Sequence record: KX452698
Length of the DNA stretch: 64,000 bases
DNA from: Shigella phage KNP5
Direction: 5' to 3' (one strand)
Part shown: piece by piece, positions 37,516 to 47,521 of the stretch
How the letters are laid out: every line of letters starts with the position of its first letter
Position numbering within the stretch: position 1 is the stretch's first letter
Position numbers and translations under genes: made by a program
Notes under the pieces: model-generated
The model's input: only the letters and a program-made list of their open reading frames with translations
Database searches by the model: none
Told to the model about the DNA's origin: nothing

Positions 37516-37734
37516 TCATTTTACACCATTCCAAATTGTTTCAACCACAGATTTCAAACCATTTTGGTGAATGTCCATTCCGACAACTACCATCAAATAA
37601 ATTCCAACTACAACTGAACCTAAGGCAAAAATCAGCATGAAAATGAATAAAGCCGGAAAAATATTATCGAAAAACCATTCAATAAATGTAAAAGCACCGC
37701 GTTTACGCTTCATATTTTCCTCACATAAATCCAA
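37516..37734 (-). CDS. small membrane protein, 72 aa
   Basis: ORF track; two predicted hydrophobic helices. Confidence 0.45.
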   Translation of the reverse strand: MDLCEENMKRKRGAFTFIEWFFDNIFPALFIFMLIFALGSVVVGIYLMVVVGMDIHQNGLKSVVETIWNGVK

Positions 37735-37834
37735 AGTAAGCGTTTAATACATCAATCATTAAAACGATTGGGAATATACTCAAAACTACTAGTATTATAA
37801 CTACATTCCATATAGCTTTAACAATCTTTTTCAT
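37721..37834 (-). CDS. small membrane peptide, about 37 aa (start trimmed)
   Basis: Track ORF 37721..37969 runs through an early promoter; internal ATG has GGAGG SD. Confidence 0.4.
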   Translation of the reverse strand: MKKIVKAIWNVVIILVVLSIFPIVLMIDVLNAYFGFM

Positions 37835-37859
37835 TTTCTGTTCCTCCGTAGTTGATAGG

Positions 37860-37892
37860 ATAATAATACCACAGAGGAACAGTCTTGTAAAC
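37860..37892 (-). promoter_or_regulatory. T4-type early promoter
   Basis: Minus-strand GTTTAC, spacer, TGTGGTATTATTAT; followed by GGAGG SD. Confidence 0.5.
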
Positions 37893-38077
37893 AACTTTTT
37901 TAAAAATATTCGTAATAAATGTGAATACCAACTACTACCGCTGAAACTTGCGCAACCCACCATGCACAAGCAATAAGTACAGAATTCAAAATTTTCATAA
38001 TAACCTCATTACAAAAGTAAATGTTAAACAAATTAATGGAATACTAATTAACCAAATAAAACACCACCATAATGAAC

Positions 38078-38340
38078 TCATAGTTCAATCTCAGCGATTT
38101 TCATTTCATTACTATTAATAGCCGCTTTAAGACTATCTGAAAGAATTACATTCCAGTGGTCATTCATATGACCATTAACTAAGCGTGTAATTTCTTCGGG
38201 AGTTGAAAAATAAGGCGTATCAGACTCCCAATGCGATAGTCCCAAGCGAGTATAAATCATGCCTTCATCATCGCTAGAATATTCAACTGACACAAACTCA
38301 TCAGTTATTTTATGTTTAGCGTAATAAAATTTAAATTTCA
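38078..38340 (-). CDS. hypothetical protein, about 87 aa (start trimmed to MKFKFYY)
   Basis: Track ORF 38078..38434 overlaps promoter and denB end; internal ATG preceded by GGAGG. Confidence 0.45.
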
Positions 38341-38365
38341 TTTTTACTCCTCCGTAGCTGATAGT

Positions 38366-38398
38366 TGTATAGTACCACAGTCCTTGTGGTATGTAAAC
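38366..38398 (-). promoter_or_regulatory. T4-type early promoter downstream of denB
   Basis: Minus-strand GTTTAC, spacer with CCACAAGGACTGTGG palindrome, TGGTACTATACAACTATC. Confidence 0.55.
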
Positions 38399-38415
38399 CG
38401 TTTTGTGAAAATTTT

Positions 38416-38973
38416 TTAAATGGAAAGATACCATCCGTTGTAGTTGCTTTTTCTTACAACCTTACGAAGGTCTTCTCTATCACCGATGAACTTCGGAGTG
38501 TACTGGATGACACCTGGGTGAATTTCTTTAGTGTTGAATATAATTATACAGTCAGCGACCTGATGATTCAGAATGGGCCCTAGATTTATTCCAGAACCAT
38601 ATGGATACTCTCCGCTGCATCCTGTTGTTACAGAAATCCAACGTGAGTCAGTTTGATGTGTCTTAACTTCTACACGAAGCCCGCAGTATCTTGGATGCGC
38701 CAATACATCCCATGCGTATGTATACGGGTCATTAACGTCCTCTTGGCCTTTATTAACATACCCGCTTAGCCAATCTGCTACAAAAAACTCTGCGTACACC
38801 GCGATACGGCATCTTTCGATAACTTCTGCTTTATCCTGATTTGGATTTTGTTTTAAAGAGTATCTTGCTGTATCAGCAATTTTGACCTTCATTTCACTAG
38901 TCAAGTCACTGTTCGATAGGGTAAATGTCGGAATCTGAAATAGTCTCTGTAAACCCGGATTCGTTTTCTGCAT
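38416..38973 (-). CDS. denB: endonuclease IV
   Basis: 185 aa; size and position (between ndd cluster and rIIB) as T4 denB. Confidence 0.85.
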   Translation of the reverse strand: MQKTNPGLQRLFQIPTFTLSNSDLTSEMKVKIADTARYSLKQNPNQDKAEVIERCRIAVYAEFFVADWLSGYVNKGQEDVNDPYTYAWDVLAHPRYCGLRVEVKTHQTDSRWISVTTGCSGEYPYGSGINLGPILNHQVADCIIIFNTKEIHPGVIQYTPKFIGDREDLRKVVRKSNYNGWYLSI

Positions 38974-39235
38974 TTAGACTTTCCTTTTTACCGCTGAGAT
39001 AAGCGTTATATACTTTAAGAGTGCCGTAATAAATTCGGTCATTTTCATCTAAAGACTCATGGTCAAGTTCATCGAGTTCCTTTTTATCCATGACTATAAT
39101 ATCATTGCAGTAAAGAAACCCAAGTTTTTCGTGACCAAACTCAAATTTATTGCAGTACACAATATTAGCATGATGATTTCCGTGCAGTTTAATCTCTTTT
39201 ATGTCGGAATCACCGATATTCATACAATAAATCAT
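38906..39235 (-). CDS. hypothetical acidic protein, up to 109 aa
   Basis: ORF track; 3' end overlaps denB start by about 68 nt. Confidence 0.4.
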   Translation of the reverse strand: MIYCMNIGDSDIKEIKLHGNHHANIVYCNKFEFGHEKLGFLYCNDIIVMDKKELDELDHESLDENDRIYYGTLKVYNAYLSGKKESLNAENESGFTETISDSDIYPIEQ

Positions 39236-39243
39236 AATTTTTC

Positions 39244-39270
39244 CTTAAAACAAAAGGGCCGAAGCCCCTT
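39244..39270 (-). terminator. rho-independent terminator
   Basis: GGGGCTTCGGCCC followed by TTTTGTTTT on minus strand after ORF 39274..39468. Confidence 0.5.
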
Positions 39271-39273
39271 ATT

Positions 39274-39468
39274 TTATTTGAATTGTGCAATTCTTTTTTC
39301 TAAACAGTCTGCGTAAGATTTCATTGAGATGAACTGTGAAAGCAGTAATTCTTGCTCAACTTCATTAACTGATAGAAACTTTGTGCTTTCTAAAAATTTG
39401 CTCAGTGCATTAATTTTGAGCATTAATTGATCGTATTCTTCTTTTACTCGTGCTTGATAACCTAACAT
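39274..39468 (-). CDS. hypothetical protein, 64 aa
   Basis: ORF track; flanked by GC hairpins. Confidence 0.5.
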   Translation of the reverse strand: MLGYQARVKEEYDQLMLKINALSKFLESTKFLSVNEVEQELLLSQFISMKSYADCLEKRIAQFK

Positions 39469-39496
39469 AATTTTCCTTAGTTAAGGGCCGAAGCCC

Positions 39497-40435
39497 TTAT
39501 TTAAATTGTTCAGTAACGTCTTCAACTACTTCATATTGGCAGGTACGCATTTTAGCATCGTTGTAATCAATCGGAATTGATACTACATCACGCGGATGCA
39601 CTTTAACTTTTACAACTCGACTGGTTGAACTACCAAAGTGACGAATATAAGATTTAGAACACACATGCAGACCACGAGAACAAGTTTGTGTATCATCGTC
39701 ATTCACACGAGTACGTGGCATTTTAACTACTTTACCAGGGCTGTTATCAAAAGTATTTGAATGACAGTCAAAGTAATTACTGCGAACTACTTTCCAAGCA
39801 TAGAAGTAGCCATCTTCTGTAATTTCAATATCGTTTGCTACCAAGAAATCAAAGAGTCGAGATACCGCTTTTTGGCTCGGGTTTTCCAACAGATTTTCCA
39901 AGAACGGAAAATAAAATTCAAAGTTTTCGCCTTTTTCCATCGAATCGAGAATACGATCAACTAAACCAGACCGCAATTCAATATTTTGATAGAACAAGCT
40001 TCCACCTTCAATTCGAACATCACCGGAAATATATTTTTCAACAGCGCGACGAACGTTAATTTTTTGCGCCGCTTCTTCCAATTTATCTGCAACAAGCAGA
40101 TTAAGAATTTCCTGGAAGTTTGAATGAGTATTAGGAGTTGCGTTATAAGTTACACCGTCAGCAGTAATTGAAATGAATTTTTTAGATGCATTCCAAATAA
40201 TGTCAGATTTAGCAACTGGAGCAATGGCTACATCACTCTTAACTTCAACTGTAATGTCACCGCTAATGGTAACTTTGGAACGCTCAGCTTCTTCAGCATT
40301 TTTCAAAACACGACGGATTGTGTCAACCGATACACCTTGCCAATCAGCCAATTCCTGTTGGGTGTAATTACCACTTGAATACAGTTTGACAATTTCAGCT
40401 TGTTCGTTTTTGGTCAGGCATTTAATATTGTACAT
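39497..40435 (-). CDS. rIIB: rIIB
   Basis: 312 aa; N-terminus MYNIKCLTKNEQAEIVKLYSSGNYTQQELADWQGVS as recalled for T4 rIIB. Confidence 0.92.
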   Translation of the reverse strand: MYNIKCLTKNEQAEIVKLYSSGNYTQQELADWQGVSVDTIRRVLKNAEEAERSKVTISGDITVEVKSDVAIAPVAKSDIIWNASKKFISITADGVTYNATPNTHSNFQEILNLLVADKLEEAAQKINVRRAVEKYISGDVRIEGGSLFYQNIELRSGLVDRILDSMEKGENFEFYFPFLENLLENPSQKAVSRLFDFLVANDIEITEDGYFYAWKVVRSNYFDCHSNTFDNSPGKVVKMPRTRVNDDDTQTCSRGLHVCSKSYIRHFGSSTSRVVKVKVHPRDVVSIPIDYNDAKMRTCQYEVVEDVTEQFK

Positions 40436-40446
40436 AATTTTCCTTA

Positions 40447-42624
40447 TTAGGCCGCAAGGGCCTTCATAGTTTTAGCGATTTGGGAAACTTCATCATCGCT
40501 TAAAGAGTTGCGATAACCGATGAAGTCGGAAACAATACGGAATTTCTTGGTAAACTCAGCAACCATTTTATCACTGTTTTTTGAAGCATTGTTTGATAAT
40601 ACATCAAAAAGATTAGTTACTGTCCAGATGTCATGACCGATGGTATCTTTTCCACAGTTGAAATATACACCCTGTAATGAACTAACCATATTAGCGAGTC
40701 GTGTATATTCTTCGGAAACTTCATCTACACTGAAGTACTTCATCATAAAATCTAACTCAGGATACTTGATAATTTTATCAATATATCGTTTAGCTGAACT
40801 TGAATAACCTACATACTTATCATAATCTACAGCATCAAAAGCATCTACATATAAATCACGCAGAGTTTCAAAAATACATTGGCACTGACCAAGTTCTTTT
40901 ACCTTTTTCTGTAAAAGTGGACGAATAACATAAAATTCATTAATGCCAATAAGATTAGCCATACGAGTCAAAATACTCGTAGATGGATGACAAAGCGATG
41001 TAGTGCCATCCATAGAGAAAATATCAGAACGATGCATGTATGCTACATAACCAGTAATTTCATCTGCTTCTGACGTAAGTGTAAACAGTTCCTCTTTTTC
41101 CCAGCGCCCGTCTTTAATTTCAAACTTAAACGCAGTAGCAGCTTTAGGACGAGGAGCTTTACTTTTAACTGCCTTCGGAATATAACTTTTAACTAAAGCT
41201 TCAATTTCTGACAAATAATGAATGTTAACTTCATCACTTTCAAACATTGCCATAATATCAGGAAGTAAATCAATCTGCGATTCTACTTCCGGATTAATAA
41301 ACAGAAGACGCTCATTATGATGAATATTCAAAGTGTTATTAAATTCACTATCATCTAACGCATGCGCTAATCCACGGACAATATTAACACGATTTTTAAT
41401 ATTATCAATAACGATATTGATTTTTGTTGTATTAATACCAAACAAACGATAACTTGATGCAACGGCTGAAGTTTCATGGCTTTGCTTAATACGTTTCAGC
41501 CGAGGGTCAAGATTTACTTCATACACAACTCCTGCATTGCATAACTTACTGTCAGGTTCAAACATGCTTTGCATCTTCTTATATGACAGATTTTTAGTCG
41601 TAAATTTGACTGAATTACTAATCATATAATCTCGAGCAGAATATCCCATCTTCATCAATTCACGGTATGTATGACGAGGAGATGTAGATTCTTTAAATCG
41701 TTTTACATCTTCATTGAATGCTTTCTCACTAAGCTCTTTAACACGCTCAATAATATTTTTACGAGTACGATCATCTAGTGAAAGAGCTTCGCGTGATGGA
41801 GCAATATCCAGTGAACCCATTGGAAACTTAATGTAATTCACTTCATTGCGGATGCTTAACCAGTTACGGTCTCTAATAACACCATCGATAGGATAAACAA
41901 TACCGCCATAGATAGCATACAATCCACCACGATCTGGCCAGTATCTTTCTGGATTTACGCCGTAATAGTCATCAAAATCCGGAAAATAATCAATTTCGCG
42001 GTCAAGACCATTAATGATAGCTAAATCTTTGAATGGTCGCATGATATAAGAAACTTCATAAGCAAAGTTTCTAAAGTCTTTTTCTTCAACTGGAACTACG
42101 ATTTCAATACCAGTTTTATCATCTGGACCCATTTCTTTTACGAATGTAGGTTTAATTTGCGGACCATCACCATCCATGTAAGCTACATAACCGCGAATTT
42201 CACCTTTATGGTATGAAGTGATACTAAACGTATCAGTATAGCTAAACGGAGATTTAGAACCTAAACCAAATCCGCCAATGAAATCGTTAGATTCAGCCTT
42301 AGATGAACTGAAGTATGAATTATACAGCCCAGGAGAATTATCATCACCCTGAATATCAAAATCGCTCATACCTGGACCAAAATCTCGACAAACAAATCGC
42401 GGATCTAATCGTCCTGGAACTTGAATGATAAATTTTTCAGGATTTCCATTAAGAGCATGGGCATCAATCATGTTGGTAATCAATTCACGGACAACTGCGC
42501 GAATCTTGTTTGTATACAAATCAGATGACAGAATTTTAAATACTTTAGGAGATGCTGTGATGCTAAATGCCTTTGATTTAGAACCATTACCAAGAATTGT
42601 TTCTTTTTCAGTGGTGATAATCAT
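40447..42624 (-). CDS. rIIA: rIIA
   Basis: 725 aa; size and position as T4 rIIA; GHKL-ATPase-like N-terminal region. Confidence 0.93.
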   Translation of the reverse strand: MIITTEKETILGNGSKSKAFSITASPKVFKILSSDLYTNKIRAVVRELITNMIDAHALNGNPEKFIIQVPGRLDPRFVCRDFGPGMSDFDIQGDDNSPGLYNSYFSSSKAESNDFIGGFGLGSKSPFSYTDTFSITSYHKGEIRGYVAYMDGDGPQIKPTFVKEMGPDDKTGIEIVVPVEEKDFRNFAYEVSYIMRPFKDLAIINGLDREIDYFPDFDDYYGVNPERYWPDRGGLYAIYGGIVYPIDGVIRDRNWLSIRNEVNYIKFPMGSLDIAPSREALSLDDRTRKNIIERVKELSEKAFNEDVKRFKESTSPRHTYRELMKMGYSARDYMISNSVKFTTKNLSYKKMQSMFEPDSKLCNAGVVYEVNLDPRLKRIKQSHETSAVASSYRLFGINTTKINIVIDNIKNRVNIVRGLAHALDDSEFNNTLNIHHNERLLFINPEVESQIDLLPDIMAMFESDEVNIHYLSEIEALVKSYIPKAVKSKAPRPKAATAFKFEIKDGRWEKEELFTLTSEADEITGYVAYMHRSDIFSMDGTTSLCHPSTSILTRMANLIGINEFYVIRPLLQKKVKELGQCQCIFETLRDLYVDAFDAVDYDKYVGYSSSAKRYIDKIIKYPELDFMMKYFSVDEVSEEYTRLANMVSSLQGVYFNCGKDTIGHDIWTVTNLFDVLSNNASKNSDKMVAEFTKKFRIVSDFIGYRNSLSDDEVSQIAKTMKALAA

Positions 42625-42634
42625 AATTTCCTCA

Positions 42635-42838
42635 TTAATTCATATTGCGTTTAATAACTTCAGCAACTTCTAGTAGTTCATCTTTAGTTGCGGTGTCGGA
42701 TTGAATTTTATCTCTAATATTCTTAAAGCGGTTTTTAAACTCTTCAGCTTCTCCCATATCGAAAAAGCGTTGGATGATTCTATATTCTCGATGAACTGCT
42801 TTATCAAAAAGTTCTAAATTTACTTTATATGATTTCAT
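42635..42838 (-). CDS. hypothetical protein, 67 aa (rIIA.1-like)
   Basis: ORF track; canonical early promoter immediately upstream. Confidence 0.5.
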   Translation of the reverse strand: MKSYKVNLELFDKAVHREYRIIQRFFDMGEAEEFKNRFKNIRDKIQSDTATKDELLEVAEVIKRNMN

Positions 42839-42863
42839 TTCAATATCCTCATTTGCCCAATTA

Positions 42864-42892
42864 ATTATACCACATCCTTGTGGTAAAGTAAA
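42864..42892 (-). promoter_or_regulatory. T4-type early promoter for rIIA.1/rIIA
   Basis: Minus-strand GTTTAC directly after gene 39 stop, spacer, TGTGGTATAAT. Confidence 0.6.
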
Positions 42893-44710
42893 CTACTGGC
42901 TCATCCATTCTTTACGAAGGTCAGCATTATCCCCCATGAGCATTTCAAAAAGCTCTTTCCAGTTCTCAGGAAGTTTAACAACATCATATACCGGATTTTG
43001 AATCATCTCACGATATTCAGATTTTTCCAAAGAGCCAAGTCCCTTAATATAACGGATGCTATGTTTAGGTAGAGCATCTTTGGCACTCTCATATTCAGCG
43101 ACTGTATAAAACCATTCTTGTTTTTTACCGACCTGAGCGATGATTACGGGAGTTTTGACGAAGCGAATTCTTCCTTGTTCAAACAGTTCCGGCCAATTAC
43201 TAAAAAATCCGAGCAGAGAAGGATAAATGCTTCCTAGACCATCGTGGTCAGCATCAGTCATAATAGCAATATTATGATAATTCAAGTTTTCAGCTTTTTC
43301 ACCAAGAACTAATCCAGTGATTGCGCAAATATCAAACAGTTCTTTGTTTTTAAGCATATCAGCATATGACATACCCCAACTGTTGAGAACTTTACCACGC
43401 AATGGATAACCACCGTGAAGTTCTTTATCACGAACATCAATAAGATATCCGATAGCAGAATCACCCTCAGTCAAGAAAAGAGTAGTATCAGCATCTTTAC
43501 CACAAAGATTCGCTTTAATATGTTTATGAACCTTAGCTTTAGAAGCCTTTTTAGCTGCTTTAGTTTCTGCTGCCTTTTCTGCCGCTAATTTACGAGCCAA
43601 GGCAGCTTCAATAATTGGCATTAAAATTGCTTCATTGTTTAAAATAGCGCGTGAAATCTTTTTAGCATCAAGCTGAATATGACTACGAATTTCACCAAAT
43701 GGAGAAGTCAAACGCTCTTTAGTTTGAGAATCAAATCGCATGTTTTTCATATCACGAACAAACATAACGATAGTCAAGCATTCTTTAACACGTGCTTTAG
43801 TTACATCAATTTTGAACTTGCGTTTAATTTGTGGAATAAGGTCTTCACAAATATCATCCATAACGCAGTCAATGTGATGGCCGCCATTCTTAGTATGAAT
43901 GTTATTGACATATGTTAATTGACGAAAACCATCCGGTGAACGACCAACCGCAATAGAACAATTTTCCTGTTCTTGAACTATAGCATGCTCATCATATTGG
44001 CGTGCGTATTTCTTAAAATTACCCTGAACCTTTTTACCGTTAAAGGTAAATTGAATATCAGGATAAACTACTGCAAGTGTCTGGAGACGATCCAGTGTAA
44101 TGTCAAGATAAACTTGAGATAGCTCATTAGTTTCAAATGACATAAAATCAGGAATGAAAGTAACACGAGTTCCTTTCCATTTTCCAGGAATATCTTCCCA
44201 TGATTTATTTTCCATGCCATTTGAACAACGAACTACAATATTATTTTGACCATCGCCAGTTTCACCAACAAACATTACAGAAAAAATGTTAGTTAAACTA
44301 GAACCAACACCGTTCATACCGCCAGTGACGCGTTCTTTATCATCACCGAAGTTACCACCTGCTTTTGGAATAGTCCAGGCGGCAACAGGACCAGGAATTT
44401 CTTCGCCAGTAGGTGTTTTAACCATCGCTTGTGGAATACCACGACCGTTATCTTCAACAGTTACTTGATTGTTTTTGATAGTAACATTAATTTTATTCGC
44501 GAATTTAAACTTAGTACGAATACCTTCATCTACTGAGTTATCGATAATTTCATCAATAAGCTTAACAAGACCAGGTACATACTGAACACTTTCCCATTTA
44601 CCAAACAGAAAGCGCTCATGCATTTCATTAGCAGAAGAGCCAATATACATGCCGCTACGCTTTTTGATATGTTCAATATCGCTCAGAATTTTAATTTCAT
44701 TCTTAATCAT
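42893..44710 (-). CDS. 39: DNA topoisomerase II large subunit, uninterrupted (T4 39+60 equivalent)
   Basis: 605 aa from MIKNEIKIL; GyrB-like ATPase and TOPRIM domains in one ORF. Confidence 0.92.
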   Translation of the reverse strand: MIKNEIKILSDIEHIKKRSGMYIGSSANEMHERFLFGKWESVQYVPGLVKLIDEIIDNSVDEGIRTKFKFANKINVTIKNNQVTVEDNGRGIPQAMVKTPTGEEIPGPVAAWTIPKAGGNFGDDKERVTGGMNGVGSSLTNIFSVMFVGETGDGQNNIVVRCSNGMENKSWEDIPGKWKGTRVTFIPDFMSFETNELSQVYLDITLDRLQTLAVVYPDIQFTFNGKKVQGNFKKYARQYDEHAIVQEQENCSIAVGRSPDGFRQLTYVNNIHTKNGGHHIDCVMDDICEDLIPQIKRKFKIDVTKARVKECLTIVMFVRDMKNMRFDSQTKERLTSPFGEIRSHIQLDAKKISRAILNNEAILMPIIEAALARKLAAEKAAETKAAKKASKAKVHKHIKANLCGKDADTTLFLTEGDSAIGYLIDVRDKELHGGYPLRGKVLNSWGMSYADMLKNKELFDICAITGLVLGEKAENLNYHNIAIMTDADHDGLGSIYPSLLGFFSNWPELFEQGRIRFVKTPVIIAQVGKKQEWFYTVAEYESAKDALPKHSIRYIKGLGSLEKSEYREMIQNPVYDVVKLPENWKELFEMLMGDNADLRKEWMSQ

Positions 44711-44737
44711 CACTTATCCTCGTTTGGTTTCGGGAAT

Positions 44738-44762
44738 ATTATACTCCGGTAATCATAAAGCT
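44738..44762 (-). promoter_or_regulatory. putative middle promoter upstream of gene 39
   Basis: Minus-strand AGCTTTA (MotA-box-like) about 13 nt upstream of TATAAT. Confidence 0.4.
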
Positions 44763-44779
44763 AAAGGCCCGAAGGCCTT

Positions 44780-45052
44780 TTATTTAAAACGGATAGTCGA
44801 ATCCTTGAAGAATAGACCAGAACATACGGTTCCTTCTACTTTCTGCCCGGTAGGTCCAATAGCACGAAATCCAGTATGTTGGAAATCATTTTCAGAGCAA
44901 CCGAACCAATTGTATCCAGTGATTTCAATATTAGTAAACCCACTTGAAGACAAAACTTTGGTTGCATTATCAGCGTCAGTACATCCTACTAAAGATACTG
45001 CTAATACTAATGCCGCGATAGAACGATTAACATATTTCATAATTTCACTCAA
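44780..45052 (-). CDS. putative lipoprotein, 90 aa (39.1-like)
   Basis: Signal peptide with lipobox LVGC. Confidence 0.5.
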   Translation of the reverse strand: MSEIMKYVNRSIAALVLAVSLVGCTDADNATKVLSSSGFTNIEITGYNWFGCSENDFQHTGFRAIGPTGQKVEGTVCSGLFFKDSTIRFK

Positions 45053-45422
45053 ATTTAATGGCTTGAAGGAGACTAATAATTCTCAAGCGGCTTCTTTCAT
45101 CTTTAACCGTAAAAGAAAGAGGGTCGCCAGATTTCATAGTGATAGTGCATTCAAAACTAAAATCTTCAGGAACTTCTTCGAAGAAGTCAAATTCTTCATC
45201 ATATATTAGAACATTACTCTGAAAACTGTGAAGAATTTTTCCGTCATTTCCAGATGCTGTACTAATCATTGTAACATTATTACCTTTCATATCTTCAACG
45301 ATAAATTCGCTTGTAGATATTACGGCATTAATAGAACCATTCCTATAAATAGAAGAAAGCAGATATTTCTTTTCTTCACCTTCACGAACACGATATTTCT
45401 TACCGATTTTAAACATAATCAC
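45045..45422 (-). CDS. hypothetical protein, 125 aa
   Basis: ORF track (GTG-extended start possible). Confidence 0.5.
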   Translation of the reverse strand: MIMFKIGKKYRVREGEEKKYLLSSIYRNGSINAVISTSEFIVEDMKGNNVTMISTASGNDGKILHSFQSNVLIYDEEFDFFEEVPEDFSFECTITMKSGDPLSFTVKDERSRLRIISLLQAIKFE

Positions 45423-45595
45423 CCTTTAAGTAAGTCGTAAAATCCACCATTCACATGCTTAGGAGCAGAAGGCCGACGAGTAGACAGACGATGACATTTA
45501 GGACAAACATCATTTTCTCGTTCAGAAATCTTTTTAATTTTTTCATATTCATGCCCGCAATCTTCGGATTGGCATTTATAATCATACATTGGCAT
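45419..45595 (-). CDS. zinc-ribbon small protein, 58 aa
   Basis: Manual translation MPMYDYKCQSEDCGHEYEK...CPKCH; two CxxC-type pairs. Confidence 0.4.
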   Translation of the reverse strand: MPMYDYKCQSEDCGHEYEKIKKISERENDVCPKCHRLSTRRPSAPKHVNGGFYDLLKG

Positions 45596-45597
45596 AA

Positions 45598-46017
45598 TTA
45601 TTCCTTAAAGTGTGCTTTCAACATCTGATACAAGGACCATGCCTGTTCATTATTTTCAATAGTAACTTTCATGATAGGAAATTCTGTGAAATCTTCTATT
45701 TGTTCTTGCTCTTCCTGCTCTTGCTCTTCAGCTGCCTGATATGGATTTTCCACTTCATCAAAGAACCCAGCTTCACTTTTTGAAAGCCAAATAAAGTCTT
45801 CATCCAAAACATCTTTATCAGGAGATAGTACTAAATTTCCAGTAGATGACAAAATTTTAATAGGACGCCCAAGAGCGTCCACATCTAAAATTTTAAAAGG
45901 ATACATACCTAAACGGCGCGCATAGATTCCGTTATTAATATGGTCTTTAATAAAATTTTCTTGAGCTTGTTTATTTTTAAATTGATACCATTTATTAACT
46001 TCAAATCTAATAGCCAT
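45598..46017 (-). CDS. hypothetical acidic protein, 139 aa
   Basis: ORF track; Glu/Gln-rich segment. Confidence 0.5.
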   Translation of the reverse strand: MAIRFEVNKWYQFKNKQAQENFIKDHINNGIYARRLGMYPFKILDVDALGRPIKILSSTGNLVLSPDKDVLDEDFIWLSKSEAGFFDEVENPYQAAEEQEQEEQEQIEDFTEFPIMKVTIENNEQAWSLYQMLKAHFKE

Positions 46018-46232
46018 TAATAAATTTCCTTCCAGTAAGTTGTGCCATCTTCAGTAATTTCACGAAATACACCATAAATCGGTTGTTTATCACCAACCTT
46101 TTCATACACATAAACTGAAGTCAAGTGAGTAAACTTAGCAGTGTGTTCCTTTTGAACTACTACCAAATCTGGATCGAATAATACATCTTCAAATTCGTCA
46201 TTAGTGCAGTTCTGAACAGTTTTACGTTTCAT
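46017..46232 (-). CDS. hypothetical protein, 71 aa
   Basis: ORF track; overlapping stop/start. Confidence 0.5.
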   Translation of the reverse strand: MKRKTVQNCTNDEFEDVLFDPDLVVVQKEHTAKFTHLTSVYVYEKVGDKQPIYGVFREITEDGTTYWKEIY

Positions 46233-46405
46233 TACAATTTCCTCATTAATTGAACAGTGGAGCGATGCGTTTCAGAAGAGTGGCAGCACCTTTGGCAAAT
46301 TTTCCATTTTATTCTCCAAGTTGTTTTCTGTATCAGTAGTTGATATTGATATAGTACCATAATCAACTACTGATGTATATAGTTTATGAAAAAAAAAATT
46401 AAACT

Positions 46406-46903
46406 TTATGCATAGCGAGCTTTGCTATAGTGTTTAATCCAACTTTCAGGAATGACTTTGTATGTTCCTAAAAATACCGCGTTGTACAACTTAACGCCAT
46501 CTTCTACCCATTGATCGGTAATGTATGCACACATAGCGCGAGTACGATGTTTTTGAACAACCCCTTCTTCGTCTTCGGTAAATTCAAATTCATAAGGAGC
46601 AACGAACTTAATAGCTTGACCGAGTTTCCACTTAAAGTCTACACCTACGTGCGAAGTATCAATCGTTTCAATTCCTTTAGCAGGAACAGCTTTCAAAAAC
46701 GCAGATTCAAGAAATTTCGCACGAACATAACCAAACTGAGGTTTAGACTTTCCATCTTTAGGAATGATACGCACTTTTACTTCAGAATCTTCATCTTTAA
46801 CACCGTGTTTAAGCTGAATGCTTACAATTTCGACCAATTTTCCTGCTGCTTTAGAACGGGATTTATCAGATACACGAGCAATTTCACCAATATTAATAAT
46901 CAT
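46406..46903 (-). CDS. hypothetical protein, 165 aa (motB-region)
   Basis: ORF track; C-terminal domain shared with next ORF. Confidence 0.5.
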   Translation of the reverse strand: MIINIGEIARVSDKSRSKAAGKLVEIVSIQLKHGVKDEDSEVKVRIIPKDGKSKPQFGYVRAKFLESAFLKAVPAKGIETIDTSHVGVDFKWKLGQAIKFVAPYEFEFTEDEEGVVQKHRTRAMCAYITDQWVEDGVKLYNAVFLGTYKVIPESWIKHYSKARYA

Positions 46904-46979
46904 AGTTATCTCTCACCTGTTAAAAAGATTTTATACTCCACAGGACCATTATACTCTGGTCCCAAGAGTTTGTAAACTA

Positions 46980-47519
46980 TTAATTCAAAATAGCTACCAC
47001 TGCACTACGAGGTACTACACTAAAATCACCTGCATGAACAACGTTCAGAAGTTCAACACCATCTTCAATCCACTGGTCTGTTACCCAACCACAGACCGAA
47101 ATAAATGGGGTCTTGATAGCTACAGCACGAGTTAGAAGGTCAGTAGGATCGCATTCTTGGAAGAGGATAAGCTCTGCTTCAAAGACTATAGTTTTAATTA
47201 CTTCATCATTATCTAAGCGTTGTGCTCGAATCACATAAGCTTTATTCTTATCATACCAATTACTTTTTGAAAAACTTTTAACCACAAACTCGCCTTCACC
47301 CAAAACACTGGTCAATGCTTTATAACCCAAACTTAGTTCAGTAGTTTTAATTTCAGTTTCAACCAGTTTGTAGGTTTTGCCGATTTCAATAGCGGTAGTC
47401 ATAGTAGGTTCCTTAATTTCCAGTGGTTTAACAGGGCATACATAAGTGCTTACAACATCAAAATCAATCAGTTTAGCTACCGGATTTGGTGTGTATTCAG
47501 GATTATAATTAAATTTCAT
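46980..47519 (-). CDS. hypothetical protein, 179 aa, paralog of 46406..46903
   Basis: Shared C-terminal motif TDQW(I/V)EDGV(E/K)L.N(A/V)V. Confidence 0.5.
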   Translation of the reverse strand: MKFNYNPEYTPNPVAKLIDFDVVSTYVCPVKPLEIKEPTMTTAIEIGKTYKLVETEIKTTELSLGYKALTSVLGEGEFVVKSFSKSNWYDKNKAYVIRAQRLDNDEVIKTIVFEAELILFQECDPTDLLTRAVAIKTPFISVCGWVTDQWIEDGVELLNVVHAGDFSVVPRSAVVAILN

Positions 47520-47521
47520 AA

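Noticed and set aside
38341-38434. N-terminal extensions of track ORFs (e.g. 38078..38434, 37721..37969, 55700..56311, 9326..10486)
   Set aside because: The track accepts TTG/GTG starts and takes the longest frame; the extensions run through promoters or neighbouring genes, and conserved N-termini or SDs mark internal ATG starts.
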